Notes: a model not told the origin generated them from the sequence alone. Counted from the stretch's first letter, positions 27,980-38,412 are shown. The stretch is DNA of 64,000 nucleotides from Gemmatimonadota bacterium (GCA_050049805.1 JASFVN010000001.1:11059-75058), one strand, 5' to 3'. Made by a program: numbers and translations.

Positions 27980-29221
27980 CTACAGGCAGACGATGGCCCC
28001 TGGCTGCCAACCCATGGGGACGAACCGGCCATAACCCAGGAAGCACCGGCCTCCACTCTCCGGGTGGGAAACCGTCAGGGCCCATGCCTCCGTTCCGGCG
28101 TAGAGGATGTCGACCGCAAGATCATCCGGTATACCGACCCTCGAGTTCGCGAACAGGGCATCCAGGTCTCGGGTGTAGGTGTAGTGATTCGAGTAGTAGA
28201 TCTCCTCCAGGGAAGCCATGTTCTTCAGAAGCGATTGAATCCCGGCAATCACTTCGTCCGGAGGCGGGGGCGACGCGGGCACCTCCTCGGCCCTGCCAGA
28301 AGACTCAGCCAGATCCAGGCCCGGACCCGGCGCGGCACCCTCCGGTTTCTGGATCTCGTACACCCGAACGAAATTGACGTCCAACTCGTCCAGGAAAAGC
28401 CCGGTGAGGTAGTCCTCACCGATCTCATGAGGTTCGAAGCGGGCCGGCGTCGAGAGGGTGGCGACCGGGATCCCCTCCATGTCGAAGATCTCCCACGAAA
28501 CAGCAGAGTCAGCGGGTGGACGGACGTCGGGCCTCCAGATGCGGCCCTGGGGTGTCACCCGAAGGGTCCGCAGCGTTCCCGTCGAATCCGGAAGCGGTAT
28601 TGAACTCACAGCTTCCCTGATGGGTCCTCTGGCCCCGGGGGACACGGGACTCACGATCCAGTTCTCGCCCAGGAGCCAGTCGTCCCCGGGGAACATCTCC
28701 TCCCTGGTGGCCAGCAGGGTGGAGAGAGACCGGAACTCCCCTTCAATCCCGAAGATGGACACGCGCATGAGGCTACGGTCCCAGACCTGGAGATTCCCGT
28801 CGGCGGTTTTCCGAAGGTTGGCCGGATCTCTGAACTCACCGGGCCCCTCACCCAATCCTCCTACCGATTTCAGGAACCGCCCTTCCGGGTCATAGTACCG
28901 TAGCTCCTGGCTCCCGCCGTTGAGAACTACGACACGTCCATCCTCCAGAAGCACAGACCCCCGGGCCCGGTGTAGCTGGTAGGGCTCCTCCCCCTCCCTC
29001 ACCCCGATCTCCAGGACCGGCGATTCAGAGAGAATCCACTCCTCGGGCATCCCCTGCTCCAGCGATCTGCCGGACGCTTCCGACTGACCTGGAGTGTCTG
29101 CTCCGTTGCAGGCGACGGTGGCAGTGGCAAGGCAGACCGGGATGAGAACAGTCCTGAGATCAGTTGGCCGTAACTTCAACAAAGCTTTTCTCCTTCCAGA
29201 AAGCATTTTCGACACTGGCAT
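27980..29221 (-). CDS. lipoprotein: beta-propeller-like body plus pilin-like C-terminal domain
   Basis: Signal and Cys (LIPVCLATATVAC). The central region resembles 6-bladed beta-propeller repeats (YYDPEGRFLKSVGGLGEGPGEF). The last 90 aa or so resemble a type IV pilin head with a Cys-X18-Cys loop at the extreme C-terminus. Start uncertain (29221 or 29206). Confidence 0.6.
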   Translation of the reverse strand: MPVSKMLSGRRKALLKLRPTDLRTVLIPVCLATATVACNGADTPGQSEASGRSLEQGMPEEWILSESPVLEIGVREGEEPYQLHRARGSVLLEDGRVVVLNGGSQELRYYDPEGRFLKSVGGLGEGPGEFRDPANLRKTADGNLQVWDRSLMRVSIFGIEGEFRSLSTLLATREEMFPGDDWLLGENWIVSPVSPGARGPIREAVSSIPLPDSTGTLRTLRVTPQGRIWRPDVRPPADSAVSWEIFDMEGIPVATLSTPARFEPHEIGEDYLTGLFLDELDVNFVRVYEIQKPEGAAPGPGLDLAESSGRAEEVPASPPPPDEVIAGIQSLLKNMASLEEIYYSNHYTYTRDLDALFANSRVGIPDDLAVDILYAGTEAWALTVSHPESGGRCFLGYGRFVPMGWQPGAIVCL

Positions 29222-29300
29222 CGACACCGGGAAAAAGCGGAGGCGGCCTCGGAAGGCCGCCTCCCAATCTTCACCACCGGTTCCTGGGCCCCGGGGGGGA

Positions 29301-30629
29301 TCACAACCTCTCCCTGATCCACCCCAGAACACCGTCCAGGGCGACGCGGACCTGGTCGAGCGTGTCCCGGTCTCGGATGGTCACGGTCCCGTCCTCGTTG
29401 GTCTGGCCGTCCACCGTCACGCACCAGGGAGTGCCTGCCTCATCCTGCCGACGGTAACGGCGGCCGATGGAGCCGGCCGCATCGTAGAAAGAGGGAACCG
29501 CCGCCCTTCTCAGCTCCTTGTGGAGTTTCTCCGCGATTTCCGGCAGTCCGTCCTTTTTGACCAACGGAAATACCGCCACTTTCAGCGGCGCCAGGGAGGG
29601 ACTCAACCGGAGGACCACCCGCTCCTCCCCCTCCACCTCTTCCTCGTGGTAGGCGTCCGCCAAAACCACAAGTAGAGTCCGGTCGACCCCCACGGAGGTC
29701 TCGATCACATAGGGGATGAACCGCTTTCCGGATCCCGTGTCGATGTACTCCAGACGTTTCTTGGAGTACTCCTGGTGCCTGGAGAGGTCGAAATCCGTCC
29801 GGTTGTGGATCCCCTCGAACTCCTTCCAGCCAAAGGAGAACTCATATTCGATGTCGAAGGCCTTCTTGGCATAGTGAGCCAACTCGTCTCCGGCATGCTC
29901 GTGGAAGCGCAGCTTCTCCTCTCGGATCCCCAGATCCACATGCCATTTCCACCTTGCGTCCATCCAGTACTCGAACCACTCCTCGTCCGTCCCCGGCTCC
30001 ACGAAGTACTGCATCTCCGCTTGCTCGAACTCACGAGTCCGAAAAACGAAGTTTCCTGGGGTGATCTCGTTTCGGAAGGCCTTCCCGATCTGGGCGATCC
30101 CGAAAGGCACCTTCTGCCTGGCGGCACCCTGGACATTCAGGAAGTTGACGTAGATCCCCTGGGCCGTTTCCGGTCGCAGGTAGATTTGGCTCGCTCCGTC
30201 CTCCACCGGCCCCATGAAGGTCTTGAACATGAGGTTGAAGAGACGGGGTTCGGTGAGTTCGCAGTCCGGGTGTTCCCCCGGTCGCACGCTGGGCTTTCGA
30301 CCGCATTGAACCTCTTCCAGCTGATCCTGGCGAAAGCGATGCTTGCAGGCTTTACACTCCACCAGAGGGTCGGTGAACCCTTCCACGTGCCCCGACGCCT
30401 CCCAGACCCTGGGGTGCATCAGAATGGCAGCGTCCAAGCCCTCGATGTCGTCCCGCTGGTGAACCATGGAACTCCACCAGCGTTCCTTGATGTTTCGCTT
30501 CAGCTCGATGCCCAGGGGACCGTAGTCCCAGACCGAGCCCGTTCCCCCGTAGATCTCGGAGGATTGAAAGATGAAACCGCGCCGCTTGCAGAGCGACACA
30601 AGCTTGTCCATCACGTCTTTTTCAGCCAT
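29301..30629 (-). CDS. glyQS: glycine--tRNA ligase (dimeric class II type)
   Basis: [29 protein letters not shown]...WDYGPLG, typical of GlyQS. Class II motifs and a C-terminal anticodon-binding domain. ATG 30629. Confidence 0.9.
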   Translation of the reverse strand: MAEKDVMDKLVSLCKRRGFIFQSSEIYGGTGSVWDYGPLGIELKRNIKERWWSSMVHQRDDIEGLDAAILMHPRVWEASGHVEGFTDPLVECKACKHRFRQDQLEEVQCGRKPSVRPGEHPDCELTEPRLFNLMFKTFMGPVEDGASQIYLRPETAQGIYVNFLNVQGAARQKVPFGIAQIGKAFRNEITPGNFVFRTREFEQAEMQYFVEPGTDEEWFEYWMDARWKWHVDLGIREEKLRFHEHAGDELAHYAKKAFDIEYEFSFGWKEFEGIHNRTDFDLSRHQEYSKKRLEYIDTGSGKRFIPYVIETSVGVDRTLLVVLADAYHEEEVEGEERVVLRLSPSLAPLKVAVFPLVKKDGLPEIAEKLHKELRRAAVPSFYDAAGSIGRRYRRQDEAGTPWCVTVDGQTNEDGTVTIRDRDTLDQVRVALDGVLGWIRERL

Positions 30630-30906
30630 AGGTCCTGGATCGTCGTTGACTTGGGGGTCCCGTCCGGAAGGGATCGCAAAGGGCCCAAAAAGGTAGAAGC
30701 GCCGCTTCTCCTCCACAACCGGGCCAAGGCGTTACGCCTTCCCGCGGAGCCCCTCTCCTCTTTCCTCGCGCCCGGTCCTTGCGTGCTATGGATAAGGCAG
30801 GATATTGAAGGGGACCCGGGGGAGGAGAACCCCTCCTGAGGTCGAGGGTAGGATGGGTAGAAAACGGCCGGGCTCGGCCCGGGTCAATGGCTTTAAGGAG
30901 AAGGAC

Positions 30907-31488
30907 ATGGAGCTGAATATCACCGATCGGGCCAAGGAGGTGGTTCGGTCATTCATCGATCAGAGCGACGGGGAGCTCAGGGCCCTCCGAATCACTGCCC
31001 ATCCGGGTGGGATCGGCGGACCCCGCTTCGAACTCTCCCTGGTGGCAGATTCTGACAAGGAAGAGGAAGACATCCAGGTGGACATGGGCGACTTCACGGT
31101 GTTGGTCACCGGAGAGAGCGCCGACAAGCTCGAGGGAGCCACCGTGGACTTCGTGGAGCGGGTCAACGAGAGTGGGTTCGAGATCCGGCCTGCGGCCAGG
31201 GCTCCGCGGGTGGAGGGGCCACCTCAAGGAGAGTTGGCCACCAAGGTCAAAGAGGTTCTGGATGCCCAGGTGAACCCAGCGGTGGCCGCCCACGGAGGAG
31301 AAATCGTCCTGGTGGACGTGAAGGGGAATGAGGTCTTTATCGAGATGGCCGGGGGTTGTCAGGGATGCGCCCTCTCCCGCATGACTCTGAAGCAAGGAGT
31401 CGAGCGCATGGTGAGACAGGCAGTACCCGAGGTCACCGCCGTCCATGACGTAACGGACCACACATCGGGAGACAATCCCTTCTATTAG
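30907..31488 (+). CDS. NfuA-like Fe-S cluster carrier (degenerate A-type domain plus Nfu domain)
   Basis: ATG 30907 behind AAGGAG. N-terminal HesB/IscA-like domain lacking the Cys triad. C-terminal Nfu domain with CxxC (GGCQGCALS). Confidence 0.8.
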   Translation: MELNITDRAKEVVRSFIDQSDGELRALRITAHPGGIGGPRFELSLVADSDKEEEDIQVDMGDFTVLVTGESADKLEGATVDFVERVNESGFEIRPAARAPRVEGPPQGELATKVKEVLDAQVNPAVAAHGGEIVLVDVKGNEVFIEMAGGCQGCALSRMTLKQGVERMVRQAVPEVTAVHDVTDHTSGDNPFY

Positions 31489-31538
31489 GCCCACGGAAAC
31501 CGAGCCCGGGGTAGCGGGCGAAAGCCCTCAGAGAGATT

Positions 31539-31871
31539 TCAGGCGGTTCCCAGGACCCGATTCACGGCCAGGGAAAAGGCGGCCCAGTGAGATTCCTCCT
31601 GGGCCATTTGCTTTCGGCCGGCCCTGGTGAGGGAATAGACCTTGGCCCGACGCCCGGTTGAGGTGACATCCCATTCAGCGGTGATCCATCCCCTCCCCTC
31701 CAGCCTGTAGAGGGCTGGATAAAGAGAGCCCTGATTCACTTCGAGAACTTCTTCCGAGAGGGCCTGGATGTGCTTCGATATGGCCCACCCGTGCATGGGA
31801 TTCTGATCCAGGGACCGGAGGATCAGGAGATCCAGGGTCCCATGCAGGAGGTCCGGCTTTCCTTTCGCCAT
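31539..31871 (-). CDS. PadR-family transcriptional regulator
   Basis: LDLLILRSL...MHGWAISKHI...GSLYPALYRLEGRGWI winged-helix signature. 110 aa. Confidence 0.85.
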   Translation of the reverse strand: MAKGKPDLLHGTLDLLILRSLDQNPMHGWAISKHIQALSEEVLEVNQGSLYPALYRLEGRGWITAEWDVTSTGRRAKVYSLTRAGRKQMAQEESHWAAFSLAVNRVLGTA

Positions 31872-31894
31872 GATACGCGGCTCCGGAGAATACA

Positions 31895-31904
31895 TGCCTA
31901 GGCA
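31895..31904. promoter_or_regulatory. 10-bp perfect palindrome TGCCTAGGCA upstream of padR (candidate operator)
   Basis: Read directly from the sequence, 24-33 nt upstream of the padR ATG and just downstream of the permease stop. Function is inferred only. Confidence 0.3.
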
Positions 31905-31938
31905 ATCGACAATACTAACTCTAATCACCCATTGAAGA

Positions 31939-33060
31939 TTACTCCAGGCTCTTCTTGAACCGAGACACCGCCGCCAGCAGCGCCCCCACCGCCATGATCC
32001 CCACCACGGTGAAATGCAACCAGAGATCGGAAAATCCGTGCCCCTTCAGGAAGATGTTTCGGACTATCTCCATGAAATAGCGGATCGGGTTCAGGAGGGA
32101 GATGTCCTGAAAGAAGTCGGGCATGGTGTCCACGGGGTACATGAAGCCCGAGAGGATGATGGCCGGCAGGAAGAAGAGGAACATGGTGAGGAAGGCTTCC
32201 TGCTGGGTCCGGGAGATCGTCGAGATGAGAAGCCCGAACCCCAGGCCCGCCAGGATATAGAGGAAGGAAGCCGCCAACAGAGTCAGCACGGATCCCCTCA
32301 AGGGGATGCCGAACCAGAGGACCGCCAGAGTCGTGATCAAGGCCAGGTCGATCAGGCAAATGATGACGACAGGTATGGTCTTACCGAGAATCATCTCCCG
32401 GGGGGAGATGGGGCTCACCATGAGCTGTTCCAGCGTGCCCAACTCCCTCTCCCTCACCACCCCCAGGGCCGTTAGCAGCAGAGCCATCAGCATGAGGAGG
32501 AGCCCGATGATCCCAGGGACATTATAGTCCCGGCTGGCAAGGTCGGGGTTGAACCACGCTCGGGACCGAAGCTCGATCCCTCCAACCACCGCCGTCCCTC
32601 TGTCGGCAGCCTGCTCGACTGCGAATTCCTGGACAATCCGGCCAGCGTATCCTTGCGCAACCGTGGCAGTATTCGAGCTCGTGCCATCGATGAGAATCTG
32701 GACCGGGGCCCTCTCCCCTGCCACCACTCGTTCCGCGAACCCCGGGGGGATCTGGAGCCCCACCACGGCCTCTCCGGCATCCAACGCTCTCTCGATGGCT
32801 CCCGCCCGGTCGGAACGCTCCACGATCTCGAAGTACCCGGATGCCGTGAAGTTGTCCTGGAGCAACCGGGACACGGCTGTTTGGTCCTGGTCCACCACAA
32901 CGGTCGAGAGGTCCCGGACGTCTGTGTTGACGGCGTATCCAAAGAGGAGGAGTTGGACGATGGGCGCGGCGAAGGTCATCCTCTTGGTCTTCGGATCCCT
33001 GAGGAGCTGACGCAACTCCTTCTGAACCATTACTCGCACACGGAGGGGGGAGATCTTCAC
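31939..33060 (-). CDS. ABC-2 type transporter permease (YbhR/YbhS-like)
   Basis: GTG 33060 with AAGGAG 8 nt upstream and a GTGA overlap with the upstream permease stop. Large periplasmic loop after TM1, then 5 TM segments (ABC2_membrane architecture). The 544-aa track ORF is an over-extension. Confidence 0.8.
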   Translation of the reverse strand: MKISPLRVRVMVQKELRQLLRDPKTKRMTFAAPIVQLLLFGYAVNTDVRDLSTVVVDQDQTAVSRLLQDNFTASGYFEIVERSDRAGAIERALDAGEAVVGLQIPPGFAERVVAGERAPVQILIDGTSSNTATVAQGYAGRIVQEFAVEQAADRGTAVVGGIELRSRAWFNPDLASRDYNVPGIIGLLLMLMALLLTALGVVRERELGTLEQLMVSPISPREMILGKTIPVVIICLIDLALITTLAVLWFGIPLRGSVLTLLAASFLYILAGLGFGLLISTISRTQQEAFLTMFLFFLPAIILSGFMYPVDTMPDFFQDISLLNPIRYFMEIVRNIFLKGHGFSDLWLHFTVVGIMAVGALLAAVSRFKKSLE

Positions 33061-34175
33061 GTCTTGATCTCCTTCTTGAATACCTTCGTGGCCAGGGCCA
33101 ACCCCACCACTGCAAAAGCCAACATGAACACGGCTTGAGGCCAAAGGACTCCGGCCCCCACCCCTTTGAGCAAGACGCCTCGCGTAACCACCACGAAGTA
33201 CCGGGCCGGTATGAGGAAGGTGATTCCTTGAAGGACGATGGGCATCCCTGCGATATCGAAGAGGAACCCCGAAAGGAGGAGGGCAGGAAGGTAGGTGGCC
33301 ACCATGGCCACCTGCATGGCGAAGATCTGGGAATCGGCCACCGAGGAGATGAAGATGCCGACCCCCAGGGCGCCCAAGAGGAACAGGAGAGCCATTCCGG
33401 CAAGGAGGAAGGCATTCCCATTGAAAGGGACCTGGAAGACAACGATCCCCACCGTCACTACCACCGCCACGTCGAAGAACCCGATCAGGACGTAGGGGAG
33501 GAGTTTGCCCAGAACGATCTCCACAGCCCGAACCGGGGTGGAGGCCAGCTGTTCCATGGTGCCTCGTTCCCACTCCCGGGCAATGGTGAGGGAGGTCAGC
33601 ATGGCGGCTATGATGGACATGATCACCGCCACCAGACCAGGGACGATCATGTTTCGGCTGGCCAGGGTCTCGTTGTACCAGATTCTCGTCTCAGCGGTGG
33701 GGCCCTCGGGGAGGGAACGACCGTCCAGGAGGATCTTCGTGGAGTGACGGGCCACGATGGCCTCCGCGTAGTTTGAAGCGATGGTAGCCGTATTCGCATC
33801 GCTCCCGTCCAGGAGGAACTGTACCGGCGCACTGATTCCAGCACTCAGCTTCTCCTCGAACTCCGGGGGGATCACCAGAACGGCCCGTACCACAGCAGAC
33901 GAAAGCGCAGCCTCGGCATCCCGATAGGAACTGGGGCGATCCACGATGGAAAAATACCCCGACGCCTCGAAGGCTTCCGCCAGCTCCCTGCTCCCACGGG
34001 TGGCGGACTCATCCCACACAGCCAGACGAATGTCTTTCACGTCCCAGGAGATGGCATAGCCAAAAAAAAGGACCATGAAGAGGGGGAGAAGAAATGCCAG
34101 GATCAGACTTCGAGTGTCCCGTCGAAGCTGAATCGCCTCCTTTCGGGCGATGGCCAGGAGCCGGTGAAGATCCAA
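33057..34175 (-). CDS. ABC-2 type transporter permease (YbhS/YbhR-like)
   Basis: RKEAIQLRRD N-terminus and the same architecture as its paralog downstream. TTG start 5 nt after the ATPase stop. Confidence 0.8.
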   Translation of the reverse strand: MDLHRLLAIARKEAIQLRRDTRSLILAFLLPLFMVLFFGYAISWDVKDIRLAVWDESATRGSRELAEAFEASGYFSIVDRPSSYRDAEAALSSAVVRAVLVIPPEFEEKLSAGISAPVQFLLDGSDANTATIASNYAEAIVARHSTKILLDGRSLPEGPTAETRIWYNETLASRNMIVPGLVAVIMSIIAAMLTSLTIAREWERGTMEQLASTPVRAVEIVLGKLLPYVLIGFFDVAVVVTVGIVVFQVPFNGNAFLLAGMALLFLLGALGVGIFISSVADSQIFAMQVAMVATYLPALLLSGFLFDIAGMPIVLQGITFLIPARYFVVVTRGVLLKGVGAGVLWPQAVFMLAFAVVGLALATKVFKKEIKT

Positions 34176-34180
34176 GATCG

Positions 34181-35122
34181 CTACCCTTCTACGGCCCCAC
34201 CTTCTCTCTGGATCAACGCCACGAAGACGTCCTCCAGAGAAGGTGGCACAGCTTGAACGGAGGAGAAGGGCACTCCGCCCTCCTCCAGGACCCGCCGAAT
34301 CAGTTCTGGCCCGCCGGACTCCTTCGGCACGACCGCGTGGACGTTCCGGCCGAACATGGCCGCCTCCTTGATCCCCCCTTCCCTTTTCAGAGCATCGACA
34401 GCTTTTGGTGGTGCACTCGTGGCAATCTCGAACAGGGGATCCGTCATCCGGCTTCGAAGGCCCGCAGGGGCATCCACGGCCACCACCCGGCCACGGTTCA
34501 TGAGCACCATTCGATTACAGTACTCCGCCTCTTCCATGTAATGGGTGCTGACGAGAATGGTCGTTCCTTCCTGGGCCAGGTGGTTGATAAGGTCCCAGAA
34601 CTGTCTCCTTGCCGCAGGGTCCACGCCGGAGGTGGGCTCGTCCAGGAAGAGGATAGGGGGCTGGTGAAGGACGGCGCATCCCAGGGCAAGACGCTGCTTC
34701 CATCCCAGGGGGAGTCCACCGGTCAGGCGGTCCGCATGCCCCCCCAAGCCCGACATCTCGAGGACCCAGTCCCTTCGCGCCTCGAGGCGTTCCCCGGTGA
34801 CTCCATAAAGGCCGGAGAACAAGTGGATGTTTTCATCCACCGAGAGGTCGGGGTAGAGAGAGAACCGCTGGGACATGTATCCGATTTTTTGCTTGATCCC
34901 CTCCGCTTCCCGCCGAACATCCAGCCCCTTGACCCAGGCCTGCCCTGAAGTGGGCTGAAGGAGGCCTATGAGCATGCGAATGGTCGTTGTCTTCCCTGCT
35001 CCGTTGGGCCCCAGGAATCCGAAGATCTCCCCCTCCGCGACCTGGAAGGTCACCGAATCCACGGCAGTGAACTCACCAAACTTCCGGGTCAGGTCCTGGA
35101 CTCGAATGGCCTCCTCAGCCAC
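34181..35122 (-). CDS. ABC transporter ATP-binding protein (equivalent to the C-terminal half of YbhF)
   Basis: Walker A GPNGAGKTT, Walker B ILFLDEPTSG, and an atypical signature LPLGWKQRL. GTG start behind GGAGG. 8-nt overlap with the upstream ATPase gene. Confidence 0.9.
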   Translation of the reverse strand: MAEEAIRVQDLTRKFGEFTAVDSVTFQVAEGEIFGFLGPNGAGKTTTIRMLIGLLQPTSGQAWVKGLDVRREAEGIKQKIGYMSQRFSLYPDLSVDENIHLFSGLYGVTGERLEARRDWVLEMSGLGGHADRLTGGLPLGWKQRLALGCAVLHQPPILFLDEPTSGVDPAARRQFWDLINHLAQEGTTILVSTHYMEEAEYCNRMVLMNRGRVVAVDAPAGLRSRMTDPLFEIATSAPPKAVDALKREGGIKEAAMFGRNVHAVVPKESGGPELIRRVLEEGGVPFSSVQAVPPSLEDVFVALIQREGGAVEG

Positions 35123-36050
35123 CGATCACCTCCCCATTCCGAACCAGGTGCAAGAAAACGTCTTCCAGGGACGGCTCCACGATCTCCACCCTGTCCGGAC
35201 GGAGGCCGGCCTCCTCCAGACGAACCGAAAAACCGGCTGGGTCCTCGAGTCCCGCCTCGAGGAGAGCGTGCACCGAGTTCCCGAAGAGAGCGGTGCTTAC
35301 GACGTGCGGAAGGGCACCGATCGCATCCCGGGCCCGCCGGGGCTCATCTACATGAATCGAAAGAAGGACTCCTGGAAGGAGGTCCAGGAGGTTGGAAGGC
35401 GTATCGAGAGCCAGGACTCTTCCATCGTTGAGAAGGGCCACTCGATCGCACCGTTCCGCCTCGTCCAGATACGACGTGGACACGATGACGGTAACGCCCT
35501 CCTCTACCATCTCGTGCAGGATGAGCCAGAGATCCCGCCTCGAGACGGGATCCACACCGAAGGTGGGCTCGTCCAGGAGCAAAACCTCGGGGTGGTGGAT
35601 CAAGGCACAGCTCAAAGACAGCTTTTGCTTCATTCCCCCCGAGAGGTTTCCCGCCAGCCGGTCCTCGAATGGGCCCAGGTTACTGAAAGCATACAGGCGC
35701 TCCAGGCGCTTCTTCCGTTCCGCCTTAGGGACTCTATAGAGGTCCGCGTAAAAGGCGATGTTCTCCCTGACGGTCAAATCCTGGTAGAGGCCGAACTGCT
35801 GAGACATATAAGCGATGTGGGGCTTGGCTCCTTCCGGATCTTCCCCCACGTCCACGCCGCAAACCAAGCCCTTTCCCGCCGTCGGCGGCAAAACACCCGC
35901 CAACATCCGGAGGGCGGTGGTCTTCCCAGCTCCATCGGGACCCACGAGGCCAAAAAGCTCACCTCGTCCCACCTGGAAGGTTAGATCCCGCACAGCCAGA
36001 TCCTGGCCGAAGGCTCGGGTTAGCCCCTTGATGGAAACCAAGGGAATCAT
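35115..36050 (-). CDS. ABC transporter ATP-binding protein (equivalent to the N-terminal half of YbhF)
   Basis: Walker A GPDGAGKTT, signature LSGGMKQKL, Walker B LLLDEPTFG. ATGA overlap with the HlyD gene stop. Confidence 0.9.
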   Translation of the reverse strand: MIPLVSIKGLTRAFGQDLAVRDLTFQVGRGELFGLVGPDGAGKTTALRMLAGVLPPTAGKGLVCGVDVGEDPEGAKPHIAYMSQQFGLYQDLTVRENIAFYADLYRVPKAERKKRLERLYAFSNLGPFEDRLAGNLSGGMKQKLSLSCALIHHPEVLLLDEPTFGVDPVSRRDLWLILHEMVEEGVTVIVSTSYLDEAERCDRVALLNDGRVLALDTPSNLLDLLPGVLLSIHVDEPRRARDAIGALPHVVSTALFGNSVHALLEAGLEDPAGFSVRLEEAGLRPDRVEIVEPSLEDVFLHLVRNGEVIGG

Positions 36051-37045
36051 CCCTCCCCAACGCCCTGTCCGGTCCGGGCCAAGATCACGTCGGCAGGTAT
36101 TCCGGGCTTGAGGTGGTAGTCCGGATCACCAGTGATTCGGACCTTCACCGCATACACCAGCTTGACCCGCTCCTCAGTGGTCTGAACGTTCCGAGGTGTG
36201 AACTCCGCTTCCGAGGCAATGAAAACGACCTCGCCTGAATAGCTTCGATCCGGATACGTGTCGGAGGAAATGGTGGCGGCCTGGCCGAGGCTGACCTCAC
36301 CGATCCGGTCCTCCCGTACGTAGATCCTCACCCACCGGTCTTCCGGATCCATGACAGTGAGAACCGGAACTCCGGGTGACACCGTCTCTCCCGGCTCCCT
36401 GTGCCTCACGGTCACCAACCCCGGGAAGGGCACCGTGACGACGGCGTTCGCGAGAGCCGCGTCGATCTGGGAAATCGCCGCCTCAGCCTGTGCTACGACG
36501 GCCCGCTGTGCGGCAATCCGTTCAGGGCGGACTCCCTCCTCCAGGATTTGAAGGCGCTGGCGAGCCTGGTCGACAGCTGCTTCCGCCACCCTGAACGCCG
36601 TCACGGACTTGTCCATCATCTCCTGGCTGATGCTTCCCCCCTCGAAGAGCCTCCGGGCTCGGTCACGATCCCGTCGGGCGTCGTCTCTCCGCTCCTCGGC
36701 CTGGGTGAGGGCCGCCCTCCCCTCTGCGATCTCCTCCTCCCGGAACCCGGCTTCCATCTCCCTGAGCAGAGCTCGGGCAGCATCCAGCTGAGCTTCCGCC
36801 GATCGGCGCCGGGCCAAGAGCTCCGTCTGATCCAGGAGGGCCACTTCCTGGGCTGCCTCCACCGAGTCCCCCTCCCGGACGGAAATCACTTCGATGCGCC
36901 CCGCCATCTGGAATCCGAGATCAGCGTCGGTGGCCTCCACCGTCCCAGAGGCCTGGATATCGCCGGAATCTCCCGGCCCGCAGGAAGCCAACCACGGGGT
37001 TGAGCCTGCAAGACAAAAGATCAGGACTGGAACTCCACCTCTCAT
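36047..37045 (-). CDS. HlyD-family membrane fusion protein (lipoprotein)
   Basis: ATG 37045 behind GGAGG. Lipobox WLASC. Barrel-sandwich and coiled-coil pattern (EAQLDAARA...AEAAISQIDAAL). ATGA overlap with the TolC gene stop. Confidence 0.85.
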   Translation of the reverse strand: MRGGVPVLIFCLAGSTPWLASCGPGDSGDIQASGTVEATDADLGFQMAGRIEVISVREGDSVEAAQEVALLDQTELLARRRSAEAQLDAARALLREMEAGFREEEIAEGRAALTQAEERRDDARRDRDRARRLFEGGSISQEMMDKSVTAFRVAEAAVDQARQRLQILEEGVRPERIAAQRAVVAQAEAAISQIDAALANAVVTVPFPGLVTVRHREPGETVSPGVPVLTVMDPEDRWVRIYVREDRIGEVSLGQAATISSDTYPDRSYSGEVVFIASEAEFTPRNVQTTEERVKLVYAVKVRITGDPDYHLKPGIPADVILARTGQGVGEG

Positions 37046-38412
37046 CGGACCACCTCCATGGTCTCCCGAACCCACTCCAGGGTCAGGTCGCCCATGACCC
37101 GGGCAAGCCGGATTCCAGCCATGGCTTCCCCGTGTCGGGCCTCGGTCAATGCTGCTTGTGAGTGGAAGAACTCGGCCTGGGCTCTAAGGAAGTCGGTCTG
37201 GACTCCCGCGCCCACTTCCAGAGCGAGAGCTTCGATCCTGGCCACCTCTTCCGCCTGCTCAACAGCCCGCTCCAGCGCCTCCCGTCTCGCCCGGCTTTCC
37301 ACCACCAGGGCCAGGGCCTCCTCCACGCCTTCCTCCACCTCCAGCTCAATCCGGCGCAGGGCTTCAGAAGCCTTCCGCTCCTCGGCCTCCGCCCGTTGAC
37401 GCTCCGCCTCCCTGGCGCCCCCGGTGAAGAGGGGGAAGGAGACCTGAACAGAGCCCTGCCATTCCTGGACATGAGCCCCGTCCACCGTCCCGAAATCCGA
37501 GTAAGCCCCGGCCAGGTGGAGAGTGGGAAGCCAGTTCGCTCGGGCCTCCCTGACACCGGCCACGGCGCCGGCCACCTGCTGCCTTCCCATGGCCAGTTCC
37601 GGACTCACCTCCCGGGCACGCTCCATGGCCACAGCCAATGATTCCACAGGGGATGATCGCAGTGCGGCACCGGCCAAGCCCCTACCCCGTATCTGGTCCT
37701 CTCGGATCCCAGTGAGGCGGGCCAGCCTGCCTCGGGCTACCTCCAGGTGAGATCGGATGGAAATCTCGGTTGCTTCCGACTGGCTCAGCGAGGTCTGGAC
37801 CCTGAGCAGGTCAACCCGGGCAGCCTTCCCCTCGGTGAGGAACTGACGAACCCTCTCCTCCTCCGCCCGAAGGGCCTCCCCCTGTCTCTCGGCCGCCTGC
37901 AGAAGCTCTGCCGATGCGATCACGTCCAGATACGCCCCACTCACCTCCGTCACCAAGTCCATCTCCGAGGCCAGCTCCCCGTGGCGGGCCACCGCTTCTC
38001 CAGCCTCGGCCTGGCCGATGCGGGCCCCTCTGGCCCCACCATCGAACAAAGAATAGCCGAGGGTGAGATTTCCTCGCACCAGGCTCCGGTCGAAGGATGG
38101 AGCCATGGTAGGATCGAAGCCATGGAGTGGTGCCACCAGCATGGGCTCCTGGTGCCTCGTGAGGGAAGCGTCCGAGAACAGGGAGGGAAACAGAGCGGAT
38201 CTCGCCTGATAGAGAGCCCCGGAGGCCACATCGGCCTTTGCCCTGGCCTCACCCACTGCCGGGTGGAACTCCAGGGCCATCCGGACGGCCTCCGGGAGGG
38301 TCAGCGGGCCTGTCTCACCGGATGCCGACCCAGGCCGTTCCTGACCCGGTGCGTCACACGGACTAAGCGCCAAGATAAGACCATATGCAATCCATCGACG
38401 TCGGAATCTCAT
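37042..38412 (-). CDS. TolC-family outer membrane efflux protein
   Basis: 456 aa with a signal peptide and two internally repeated OEP halves rich in heptad helices. Confidence 0.85.
   Translation of the reverse strand: MRFRRRWIAYGLILALSPCDAPGQERPGSASGETGPLTLPEAVRMALEFHPAVGEARAKADVASGALYQARSALFPSLFSDASLTRHQEPMLVAPLHGFDPTMAPSFDRSLVRGNLTLGYSLFDGGARGARIGQAEAGEAVARHGELASEMDLVTEVSGAYLDVIASAELLQAAERQGEALRAEEERVRQFLTEGKAARVDLLRVQTSLSQSEATEISIRSHLEVARGRLARLTGIREDQIRGRGLAGAALRSSPVESLAVAMERAREVSPELAMGRQQVAGAVAGVREARANWLPTLHLAGAYSDFGTVDGAHVQEWQGSVQVSFPLFTGGAREAERQRAEAEERKASEALRRIELEVEEGVEEALALVVESRARREALERAVEQAEEVARIEALALEVGAGVQTDFLRAQAEFFHSQAALTEARHGEAMAGIRLARVMGDLTLEWVRETMEVVR

Noticed and set aside
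29775-30839. 354-aa plus-strand ORF
   Set aside because: It is antisense to glyQS.
30630-30906. T-box or riboswitch in the 277-nt region between glyQS and the NfuA-like gene
   Set aside because: No specifier-loop or T-box consensus and no extended conserved-looking structure were recognisable by eye. This cannot be excluded without a covariance-model scan (Rfam).
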